A stretch of 64,000 bases of DNA from a virus. Its lineage: Duplodnaviria; Caudoviricetes. Positions 1 to 8,678 of this stretch are shown one piece after another; within the stretch, counting starts at the first letter, position 1; each line of letters begins with the position of its first letter. The stretch lies in IMG/VR virus record IMGVR_UViG_3300015607_003363, positions 32,001 to 96,000 of that record. One strand, written 5' to 3'. The notes beneath the pieces are model-generated. The model did not search any database and was not told where the DNA came from. It saw nothing but the letters and a program-made list of their open reading frames with translations. The position numbers and the translations under genes were made by a program.

Positions 1-824
1 TTTTCTAGTTCTATAGTATTAGCAACATCTCCCACAGGCAGAACTTTATTAATAGTAGTAGCCTGAATCAGATCGGCTGCGCCTATAATAGGCAACAGAT
101 ACATACCGAAATCATTCATTCTTGTCTTGAATTCGAACACGTATTGATTCTTGTTCAATTTTATTACTTTAGAAAAGTCTAGGGTGTCATCGACCACCAG
201 AGCCTGATTATATCCTTCTAGATCTATCGAATTTGATTCAAGATGGAGGTAATTTAGGCTCGCGTATTTTATGTCAGACATAGCTCCACATAGAGACGAT
301 AAAATATCAAGCGGAATACAAGAAACAGCCAGATCAAATTCCAATTTATGACCAGAATCAAAAGTGATGATTCTATTGTGTTTGTCAATTCCCGTTACTT
401 TCCCATATTCTAGCCCAGTTCTAATGTCATCTTGATATTTATTATATAGGATGCGATAAATATCAGAACTGGAATGGTTGTAGATGAAGCGATTGTCTGT
501 GGCCATGACCATAACAGCATGATCAGGATAATCGTTGCCTGTTATTTTGGAAAGCCACATTTTCATCAATGTGGTATCTGTGCCACTGATCAGAGCACCA
601 CCATAAGAGAAGCATGTCTTATACATGACGGGAGCTGGTGTCACTCCAAGCTTCATAAAATATTCTGATATGATCGGCTGAACGTGTATGAAATCTTCAT
701 TCAGTGGAATCTTGAATTTATAAAATCTACTATAGCCAAATGGAATGACAATAAAATCTTCTGGCATTATTAGCTTAGCCAATAAGCCGACTAGGCCAGA
801 GCCAAGTATGATATTCTTAGCCAC
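1..824 (-). CDS. FAD/NAD-binding Rossmann-fold oxidoreductase-like protein (runs off the window start)
   Basis: Not in the ORF track; my translation from GTG at 824 gives MAKNIILGSGLVGLLAK (GxGxxG) and later VTGIDKHNRIITFDSGHKLEFDLAVSCIPL, typical of FAD-dependent oxidoreductase folds; AAGGA upstream. Confidence 0.6.
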   Translation of the reverse strand, partial: MAKNIILGSGLVGLLAKLIMPEDFIVIPFGYSRFYKFKIPLNEDFIHVQPIISEYFMKLGVTPAPVMYKTCFSYGGALISGTDTTLMKMWLSKITGNDYPDHAVMVMATDNRFIYNHSSSDIYRILYNKYQDDIRTGLEYGKVTGIDKHNRIITFDSGHKLEFDLAVSCIPLDILSSLCGAMSDIKYASLNYLHLESNSIDLEGYNQALVVDDTLDFSKVIKLNKNQYVFEFKTRMNDFGMYLLPIIGAADLIQATTINKVLPVGDVANTIELE

Positions 825-835
825 TATTCATTTCC

Positions 836-1405
836 TTACTCATCAGATATTTGAATCTGCAATGCTTCAACCAGCCCCAATTCTGCATGTCCCATCAGGC
901 CGCAGCTTAGTGGCTCGACTACCATCATTTCCTTTTCCATTATTACGCCCTTTTTACCAAGGCCGCATTCATTGCATTGCAAACTATCATCACTTGGGAA
1001 TTTGACTTCAATTCTGCTATTACATACCGGACATTGGCACACTAGGGTGTCAGCCATGCCAAGCTCATTGGCTTCGGTGGTCATCATCCTGCCTTGCGTC
1101 TCAATGTCGCCAATTTTGACAGTGATCAATTGATCGATGGGCGTATCTGGGACGATGGTGGGCTGTTGGACGCGATTCTGACGATCTATTCTAGTGCGAT
1201 TGCCGCTGAAAGGTGATTTGCTGACGGTGGACTGATCGTTGTCTGGAGCAGCCGAATCTGGCATGTTTATTTTAATGTTGGCAATACCAGATTGAACAGG
1301 GGCAGTAACAGTTTCTGCAATAACTTCGTTCTGTCCTCTGATGAGTGTCTTAGTTGTTTTAGTGCCATCCAGCTTGATGCGCGTAACTTTAATCGACCGA
1401 CTCAT
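836..1405 (-). CDS. hypothetical protein with C-terminal Zn-ribbon
   Basis: CPVC...CNEC motifs; overlaps its neighbour within the minus-strand operon. Confidence 0.6.
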   Translation of the reverse strand: MSRSIKVTRIKLDGTKTTKTLIRGQNEVIAETVTAPVQSGIANIKINMPDSAAPDNDQSTVSKSPFSGNRTRIDRQNRVQQPTIVPDTPIDQLITVKIGDIETQGRMMTTEANELGMADTLVCQCPVCNSRIEVKFPSDDSLQCNECGLGKKGVIMEKEMMVVEPLSCGLMGHAELGLVEALQIQISDE

Positions 1406-1809
1406 ATAATACCCCTCGATAATCTAGTATAGCACTCGGTGCACGATATCATATCTAACAAGTTTTCAGTGATAGTGTTATTGACAATAGTACTTTGAGT
1501 TTTTGGATTCACCTCTATATTGATTTTGGCCTCAGCGACATTGGTGCTGTAAATCTTGTTAGCTATACTACGACCACACCAGTCGCAGGAAACCAGCCTA
1601 GTCGGCCTATAATTAGTAATCGCTAGATTACTGAATTTTTTAAAGCATGCGGGACACCAGTCAAAGCTTTTAACCTTGACTGGCAAGCCTTGTCTTATAC
1701 CATCAACCATCGACTGTTCTAGAAAATCGGCAGAATAATATGTGAATACGAATTGGCACTTTGCATTACATGCATCACAAGATATTCCAGTCTTATCTGG
1801 TAGAAGCAT
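1402..1809 (-). CDS. Cys-rich putative double Zn-finger protein
   Basis: CDAC, CPAC, CDWC, CTEC motifs. Confidence 0.6.
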   Translation of the reverse strand: MLLPDKTGISCDACNAKCQFVFTYYSADFLEQSMVDGIRQGLPVKVKSFDWCPACFKKFSNLAITNYRPTRLVSCDWCGRSIANKIYSTNVAEAKINIEVNPKTQSTIVNNTITENLLDMISCTECYTRLSRGII

Positions 1810-2203
1810 ATTCGATCACTCCATGACTAAAAAACAACAGACCGAATTTATTTATTGTATATATCGAATCGACTTGGAATAAGAACTCGAAGCATGGTTG
1901 TCTGTTCAGCCTCTTTGGTGCTTCGAGCCTCTTGGTAATTAGACTGCCGTCAATATAGAACAGAACTTCAATTCTATTGCGATAAGCCATAGAAACACTT
2001 ATTGGCTGTTTATTACTATCCAGTACATGTTGATTCCTATTGACATAGCAGTCATGAAATCGATATGTTTCAGCATAGTAACTGAAAATGCATTCAGCTA
2101 CCGCGCCATAAGGTTGTAAGATGACATCCTGATTGTGGGCGATGTCTATAATTGAACGATCTAAACCATCTTCGTCCGTAACTGATTGAATGTCTGCGAA
2201 CAT
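1793..2203 (-). CDS. hypothetical protein
   Basis: 136 aa ORF overlapping both neighbours. Confidence 0.55.
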   Translation of the reverse strand: MFADIQSVTDEDGLDRSIIDIAHNQDVILQPYGAVAECIFSYYAETYRFHDCYVNRNQHVLDSNKQPISVSMAYRNRIEVLFYIDGSLITKRLEAPKRLNRQPCFEFLFQVDSIYTINKFGLLFFSHGVIEYASTR

Positions 2204-3414
2204 TATATGCCGCCCACTACATCTCGCCAGTTTTTGGCTTCCTTTTTCTTCAACAGCATCACTGACGACTGCTTGGCTAGAGATGTCTGGTTTCGGTTTT
2301 CATTATATGATATGGGCAACCTTAAGCCGACACCCGGTTTCAAAACAGCTGTATCCATGAATTTCATATTGTCATTCCAGATGTAGACGTTTGTTGTCTC
2401 AATCCCGTCAGTCACATTTAGCATGATATATGGCTTGCTTTCTTGTCTGTCGGTCGCCTTTGTCATTTTACGAGTGGCGCTGACTAGTACGCAGTCCAAT
2501 GTGTCAGAAAAGCCGATGTTTGATATACAGTAATCATCATTATATTCGAACAGCCACATCGGAGAATGAATAGTCAGGCCAAGAAATTCCTTTTCTAGCT
2601 CCAGAATTTCATTGTAAGTATAGTCATCATATAGTTCATTGAAGAGGTCGATGCTTTTGGTGTCAATCGGAGGAAGCCAGTTCATTATTTTGGCTGGTAT
2701 TTTCTTTTTCTTAGGGTTCAGCATTTTATACTGCTGAATCTGCTCGTCTCGCTCTATCAGAATCGACTCTTCAGTGCGATTTGTCATTTGATAGTAAAGG
2801 TGTCTCACTTGTGCTTTCAGGTCCTTTACTTCTTGGCCAGAGCAATAGTTGTATTGGTACCACATCCATAATGCTTTTCGATTGTAATAGAACTCATCGA
2901 ATGCCCCTAGATTGATCAGGCATTCCATGGAGACTTTGCTTTTTCCATGGATTTCAATGAATTCATGGATGTTTTCATATTTCTTATTGGTCGCAGCGAT
3001 CTCACTGATCGACTTGGCTTTTTTCTTGTCAAAGCCCTTGATGCCGACCATGCCCGGAACGATGTAGCCAGAATACTCATCGTCGTGGTTGATGCGGACA
3101 TTGCTGACAGCTAGGAATTTTTCGCTTAGTTCATTGACTGACAGCTCTTTGATGACGATTCCATCTTTCCGAGCGGAAGAGATATATCTGACGCGATTTT
3201 CATGGCTTGAACCACTAAATACAGCCTCCCAGAATTCGAGCGGGAAATAGTTCTTGAGCCAACAGCATGTATAGGCAACTAGACAATAGGCAAGAGCGTG
3301 AGAGTTTCTGTGAATCGCTGACGATGAGTCAGTGACATAGTTATGTTCTGGACTAGCCATTTCTGGTGAGTATGTTTGACGCATACCTAGAGGTCTGAGC
3401 GATTTGATTTTCAT
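2203..3414 (-). CDS. dnaE: DNA polymerase III alpha, C-terminal part (IntC + fingers/HhH/OB)
   Basis: SHALAYCLVAYTCCWLKNYFPLEF, GIKGF, LINLGAFD, LELEKEFLG; begins with a 37 aa C-intein. Confidence 0.92.
   Translation of the reverse strand: MKIKSLRPLGMRQTYSPEMASPEHNYVTDSSSAIHRNSHALAYCLVAYTCCWLKNYFPLEFWEAVFSGSSHENRVRYISSARKDGIVIKELSVNELSEKFLAVSNVRINHDDEYSGYIVPGMVGIKGFDKKKAKSISEIAATNKKYENIHEFIEIHGKSKVSMECLINLGAFDEFYYNRKALWMWYQYNYCSGQEVKDLKAQVRHLYYQMTNRTEESILIERDEQIQQYKMLNPKKKKIPAKIMNWLPPIDTKSIDLFNELYDDYTYNEILELEKEFLGLTIHSPMWLFEYNDDYCISNIGFSDTLDCVLVSATRKMTKATDRQESKPYIMLNVTDGIETTNVYIWNDNMKFMDTAVLKPGVGLRLPISYNENRNQTSLAKQSSVMLLKKKEAKNWRDVVGGI
3304..3414 (-). other. split intein C-terminal half (IntC)
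   Basis: MKIKSLRPLGMRQTYSPEMASPEHNYVTDSSSAIHRN/S: block F with HNY, terminal Asn and +1 Ser. Confidence 0.88.
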
Positions 3415-5063
3415 ATGGTTGTTGATACCTGTTGTGTATATATCAGTCTGTGATGCCCAGCATCCCAGATTCTACGATATCCGTTATTGAACATGTTTTG
3501 TGATTCTGACAATTTATCATCAAATACATCAAGAAGCTTAGCCAGTTTGTGCTTTTGAAATCTATTCCGTGAATATAACCGATTGGCCTTAAAGTATTTG
3601 TATCCCGGTGGTGTTATTCCAAGGTGAGTAAACCCTACTGTTTTGTAGGCCGATGCTTGCGAATATCGCCGATCAGCGAAAGTAAATATCTCTTTAATAC
3701 CAAGTCGATTGACTGCTGTTTTAATCAGTTTGCTTAATCCGCCAATGACAGTGTGGTTAAGTAAATTGGCGAATCTGATAATTTCGATGCGACCATGGTC
3801 AACGCCTAGTGATATGGCGCAAAATATGCGATTGTTATCTGATAAGCCGTAATAGCTAGCAGTTTGGCGATGGCCTTGTAGATGATTGGTGTTGAAGAAA
3901 TCTCTGGCTTCAGTTTCGCTCAATTCGACTATCTTGAATTTTCTAGCATACAATCTAGTTGTTTTGCCTAGTTTGCTTGCTATCATCGATTTGACAATGT
4001 CATTTTGTTTTAACCACTCAATATCATATATCTGAAACAGTTGAACGCCATGGCGTTCTGCCAGAGTTGATTTGAAATGATGTTTGTATCTCTGTGGCCC
4101 AGTCTCTGGTGTATCAAATGAATGCCAGTATACACCATGATATTCTATGCCGAACTTGAATGGTTCGATATAAATGTCGATCTCGCATCCGCCCAATATT
4201 GTTCGATTTGATTTTGTTATACCTGTTACACCTATTTCTTCAAGCCATTTGATTATATCGTCTTCTTGTTTTGATGATCTTGTTTCGAACGAGCATTGTG
4301 GACATCCGTTAGCGAAATGAATATGATGACTTGGCAGTTGTACAAATTCACCATGTTGTTTGCAAATGATTATAATCTTATTTTTAAAGTTGCGATAATT
4401 AGCTTTGGTGTAGTCGTACTTTGGCCCATGTACTTTAGTAGCTTCGGCGATGAAACGATCCGCTGACCATCTTTTTGCAACAGCGTATTCTGGATTTAGC
4501 CAATATGCTTTTCTAGCTTCTGATATTCTTTGGGTGTATTCTTGATCGGTTGCGAATTTTTGTTTTATCGATCGACTCAGTTTCTGCTTTGTTTGGCTAG
4601 TGTGTCTATTGGTACAACGTGATCGATACTCTGGATTATCCCACAAGGCACGTGATCTTTCTGATGAACCTGCCGTGATGTCAGATAATGCAGCCAATGA
4701 TTTTTGGCGATTGATATTACGATAAGTTTCAAGACTTCTAAAACACTGCGGGCAATGGTATGATTGAGCTTGATAAAGAATCTGCTTATTGATAGTTCTG
4801 ATCAATTCTGCATATACGACACTTCGTTCGCCTTTACACTTTGTACATCGAACTCGCACGACTGACTTACTTTTCGGTTGCTCGACAACATCGATCATCA
4901 TCAAGGCTGATGACATCCAATCCTTGGTTGAATATTTCTTGGACTGTGTGATATTGTCCATCGGCGCATTTAAATTTGTGTTGCAATGTGACTCGTTCAA
5001 CTTGTCCGTTGTCGAATTCAACTTCAAACACCTCTTGAACGCCCGTATCATGAATAACCACAC
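3411..5063 (-). mobile_element. free-standing putative homing endonuclease (Zn repeat + Vsr/PD-(D/E)xK nuclease + GNAT-like C-terminus, Hef-like); true start probably ~4900-4960
   Basis: VHGPKYDY...ICKQHGEF...GCPQC; EIDIYIEPFKFGIEYHGVYWH; NHLQG...EIIRFA...FADRRYS...RIWDAG; sits between the intein halves; its stop overlaps the IntC ATG. Confidence 0.8.
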
Positions 5064-5199
5064 ATCTATCTGATACTATATTATTGTATGCATCGACTGA
5101 TTTGATTGCCTGTGGTAGCACTGGAGAATTAAACCAAGACTCGACGGTCTTAGTCTCGTTTGTCGCCAAATCAGTTATAGGAGTATCTTTATCAAGGCA
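4867..5199 (-). other. split intein N-terminal half (IntN, 110 aa)
   Basis: K/CLDKDTPI (block A), DTGVQEVFEV, VTLQHKF (TxxH block B), then a stop codon. Confidence 0.88.
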
Positions 5200-6855
5200 T
5201 TTGTTAAACGCATACCTTCCGAACGTCACCATCTTACTCCACCATTCGGCTGCTTCTTCTTGCCCGATGGATCTGCCAGCGCCGACCATCCACATTTCTT
5301 CGATAGGCCGAAGTTTATCAACCCATTTCTTGGCGACAGCTTTTCTTGATTCTTGGGCCTGAACTGATGTGAAATTGGCAATGTTCTGCCAGAGAGCAGC
5401 TAGCTGTTCCTGAAAGACAATGCAGTTATAGGTGTCGCCGATCACTTTCATGAATTCTGGCGTAACGTTCTTCTCCCAAGTTCTAGCCGTGTCTTCTCTA
5501 TTCTTAATAAAATCCGGGATCATGGCCATAGGGCCGGGGTGCCCTAAAGCATTGATAGACAATAAATCATTGATGGTACGGACGGCATTTCCATTAGATA
5601 GACTGTTGCATTGCTTTAGAATATTCTGTGCTACTGGTGTGTCAAATTGAAAGATTCCATCTGTCCGAACGGAGTTGATAATATTAAGTGCGCCGGGGTC
5701 ATTGAGTGAGATTTTGACTCTTTCGCCTGTTGGCTTGATATACCAACCTAGCCTGTCGTCTGTAGGATCGGTATCAAACAGTTCAAGCAGGTTTTCGCCA
5801 AAGCTGATTCCGTGATTTCTATGAATCGCTTTACAGCATTCATAGATATATTGCAGGTTTAAAAGACCAAGAATATCCCATTTGATGAAGCCATATTTGG
5901 AAAGCTGGGTGATTCTCCCTTCTGTCCAGAGGCTCATCCAGTCGCCCTCTGATCTTCGATAGAGAGGCAGATTGCCATAAAGCTGCTCATTGGAAATAAT
6001 GACAGCACCGGCATGTTTGCCCTGACCCTGAATTTTTCCTACTAGTCGTGATGCTATATCTATCAGTTTTGGATATTTTGCATTCAGGTCGGCTAGAGGC
6101 TTGATTTCTTCAATAAGCTTGCCGAGCGTCGGCGTTTCGGTGTCTGTGCCTCCGCATTTTGGGCATTTGCTTTCCCTGAATGTGTTCTTGCATGCTACTT
6201 TGGATTTGGTAACTGGATCGATAATCGAACCACGGCAGAAGCCGAATCCACCCTCTTTCATGTCATCAACGTCATTGGGAAATTCTTTTGTTAACCGTTC
6301 CACATCAAAGGACTGTGGCCAGTTATCCATTCCACGATGTGCCTTGGCTACATCTGCTAGGGCTGACTTGAATTTGTAGGTTGTCCATGATGAAACTCCA
6401 CAAACCTTTCCAAAATCATCAGTCGAATCAGCTGAGTATTTCTGTACCGCATAACTTTCAATTAGCGGCTTGCTTTCCGGGAGGAAGTCGATGTCGATAT
6501 CCGGCTTGTCAGTGTCTAGCTTGATGCCGACTGGATATTTTGAATGTTCTTTATGATAAGCTATAATGTCAGCATATTTGCTTGTAGTCGTTATGTCCGA
6601 TATGTCTTCGACTGTAGCTATTGGGTCTTCTTCTACCATATTGAAGAGCCATGGTAGAACTAGTTTGGCTGGGTTGGTCTTATATTTGGCCTGATCGTTT
6701 ATTAAATTGGCCCAATAACCTTCTGCTCCCTGCTTCTTGATTTCCTGCAATTCAAATTTTAGACGTTGCTGATAGATCTCTGGCAATGAGGCCACTGCGG
6801 ATTTGGCTTGTTCGGCTATGTCTTCAAAGCTAAGCATGGTGCGTACCCGAACCAA
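4867..6855 (-). CDS. dnaE: DNA polymerase III alpha, middle part (palm DxD, thumb, fingers) ending in IntN; likely start 6837
   Basis: PDIDIDF, GKHAGAVII, KWDILGL, GIFQF, VFQEQ, FGRYAFNK followed by the intein. Confidence 0.92.
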   Translation of the reverse strand: MVRVRTMLSFEDIAEQAKSAVASLPEIYQQRLKFELQEIKKQGAEGYWANLINDQAKYKTNPAKLVLPWLFNMVEEDPIATVEDISDITTTSKYADIIAYHKEHSKYPVGIKLDTDKPDIDIDFLPESKPLIESYAVQKYSADSTDDFGKVCGVSSWTTYKFKSALADVAKAHRGMDNWPQSFDVERLTKEFPNDVDDMKEGGFGFCRGSIIDPVTKSKVACKNTFRESKCPKCGGTDTETPTLGKLIEEIKPLADLNAKYPKLIDIASRLVGKIQGQGKHAGAVIISNEQLYGNLPLYRRSEGDWMSLWTEGRITQLSKYGFIKWDILGLLNLQYIYECCKAIHRNHGISFGENLLELFDTDPTDDRLGWYIKPTGERVKISLNDPGALNIINSVRTDGIFQFDTPVAQNILKQCNSLSNGNAVRTINDLLSINALGHPGPMAMIPDFIKNREDTARTWEKNVTPEFMKVIGDTYNCIVFQEQLAALWQNIANFTSVQAQESRKAVAKKWVDKLRPIEEMWMVGAGRSIGQEEAAEWWSKMVTFGRYAFNKCLDKDTPITDLATNETKTVESWFNSPVLPQAIKSVDAYNNIVSDRCVVIHDTGVQEVFEVEFDNGQVERVTLQHKFKCADGQYHTVQEIFNQGLDVISLDDDRCCRATEK

Positions 6856-7259
6856 CAGAGTTTATAATTAATAGCCGCTTGCTCAGCGACACTATGACAG
6901 ACTTCTACAATACTATTGTCAGGCTTTTCAATCTTTAAATTAGGGACTCTGGTCCTTAAATCATTGACTTCCTGTGCATAAGTCTTTGGATCGACTTTAT
7001 ACTTGCCATCGACTTTTTCAAATAGATCGACAATGTATTTGACATTGCACTTTATGACTAAATCTTTGGGGACAGGCTGAAGTATGCCGATAGCATATTT
7101 CAGAGCCACTAGAATGGCTTTCTGATAAGTAGAAAGCATAGTAGGAAAGCCAACAGCGAAATTGTCTTTGCCGTCTATTTCTCCGGCGATACCGCAGGCA
7201 AATGTTACGGCATTTGCCTCATTCTTCATAGACTTATAAGCAATGGTCAAAACGGTCAT
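6816..7259 (-). CDS. RNase H-like fold protein, apparently catalytically degenerate
   Basis: STYQKAILVALKYAI...LVIKCNVKYIV resembles RNase HI TNNxAELxA...IxxDSxYV but lacks the acidic residues. Confidence 0.45.
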   Translation of the reverse strand: MTVLTIAYKSMKNEANAVTFACGIAGEIDGKDNFAVGFPTMLSTYQKAILVALKYAIGILQPVPKDLVIKCNVKYIVDLFEKVDGKYKVDPKTYAQEVNDLRTRVPNLKIEKPDNSIVEVCHSVAEQAAINYKLCWFGYAPCLALKT

Positions 7260-7280
7260 GGTAGCCTCCGATTATAATTA

Positions 7281-8678
7281 TTACATTTTCACTCTAGACG
7301 ACTCATCCATAATAGTATTGAGCATAAATCCGCCTCGGCTCTCACTGAGAAATCTGTCAAAACTCAATGACCAAGGAAGAGGGTCGGTGCGAGATATACC
7401 AAGTAGCCAGCAGACCAATGAACCACCAGCAGAACCACGCGCGTTATGGATATAACCGCGACGATAGCTCTCTTGCGTCAAGTCTTCCGTGATGAGAAAG
7501 TAGCTGGAAAAGCCTTTATCTATAATTCGTTTTAGCTCTATACCAGCCTGCTGAAGATGGGTAACTTCTCTACCGTCGATGACGTATTTTCGTTCATCCT
7601 TCAATAGATTCCGGTCTTTCAGAGCCTGTGTAACAAGCCTGATCAGTCGTGCATCAGAGTCTTCACCGACATAGGGTGTTTTGGGAGCATCATCGACTTT
7701 GATATGTTCGCATTTATCTCTGACTTCCAAGGTATTATCGCAAGCTTCCTCAAAGAGCCTGTCGTCTATTCCCTTTGAGTAGCCATTGTTCTTGAATCTT
7801 TCCCATAGCTCTGCTCTGGTCTTAAAATATTGTTCCGAACTATTAACGTGGAACAGGTTCTCCGTGTCCCACACTGGTACATCCTGATCGATAGCCATCA
7901 TAATCATCTGCAGTTCTGAGTCATCGCGTGTCAAATAGTGGGCATCGTTGGTTATCAGTGGTTTGATCTTTAAATGGTCAGCCATAGCAACAAGCTGCCG
8001 GAATACCAAATCATCACCTTCAATGCCCGGCATCTGTAACTCGACGTAAAAGTCTTCTCCAAATGCGGCTTTAAATTTCTTCAGCCAGTCGATGGCCCCT
8101 CGTTTGTCAGGGCTAGTAAGCCGTGGTTTTTCCTTTTGATCAGTCAGTCGTAATTCGTGTGGGACTGGCCCATTTAGACAGCCGGAAGTGATAATTAGAC
8201 CTTCTTTATGCTTACATAGAAGGTCGAACCATACTTTATTGCGATAGTAATAACCATACTTGAATGAGTCGGTATATAGCCTCATGAGATTGTGATAGCC
8301 GGTTTTGTTTTTGGCGATGACTGTCAGGTGTCTGTCGCGTCGATATCGGCTATAGGTGACTGGGTCGGTTTCTCTTAGGTCATTGAGTTTCCCGCCGTTA
8401 GCGGCAAATTCCTTTCGTTCTGGCTCGTAATCGTTGAAATATATCTCACAAGCATAAATTGCTTTCAACTTGTGTTTTTTGCATTGTTCATATAAATCAG
8501 GCCAAGAACCTAGATTGCCATGTTCAGAAAGAGCTACCGCGCTCCATTTTCGATCAACGCACGCCTTTGCATATTGTTCTGGAGTGGCTACGCCATCGAG
8601 CGTGGAAAAAATAGAGTGGCTATGTAAATGGGTAAAATCAGTATTACCAGAATAATCAGCGGAGTTCACAATGGCCAT
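7281..8678 (-). CDS. dnaE: DNA polymerase III alpha, N-terminal part (PHP domain + GS motif); ORF extendable to 8717
   Basis: FTHLHSHSIFSTLDG, SEHGN, CEIY, RHL, SGCLNG, TNDAHY, RGSAGGSLV, FDRFLSESR. Confidence 0.93.
   Translation of the reverse strand: MAIVNSADYSGNTDFTHLHSHSIFSTLDGVATPEQYAKACVDRKWSAVALSEHGNLGSWPDLYEQCKKHKLKAIYACEIYFNDYEPERKEFAANGGKLNDLRETDPVTYSRYRRDRHLTVIAKNKTGYHNLMRLYTDSFKYGYYYRNKVWFDLLCKHKEGLIITSGCLNGPVPHELRLTDQKEKPRLTSPDKRGAIDWLKKFKAAFGEDFYVELQMPGIEGDDLVFRQLVAMADHLKIKPLITNDAHYLTRDDSELQMIMMAIDQDVPVWDTENLFHVNSSEQYFKTRAELWERFKNNGYSKGIDDRLFEEACDNTLEVRDKCEHIKVDDAPKTPYVGEDSDARLIRLVTQALKDRNLLKDERKYVIDGREVTHLQQAGIELKRIIDKGFSSYFLITEDLTQESYRRGYIHNARGSAGGSLVCWLLGISRTDPLPWSLSFDRFLSESRGGFMLNTIMDESSRVKM

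Noticed and set aside
7281-7340. Second split intein at the end of dnaE piece 1
   Set aside because: No block A/B motifs at this C-terminus and no HN/N-(C/S/T) junction at the start of piece 2.
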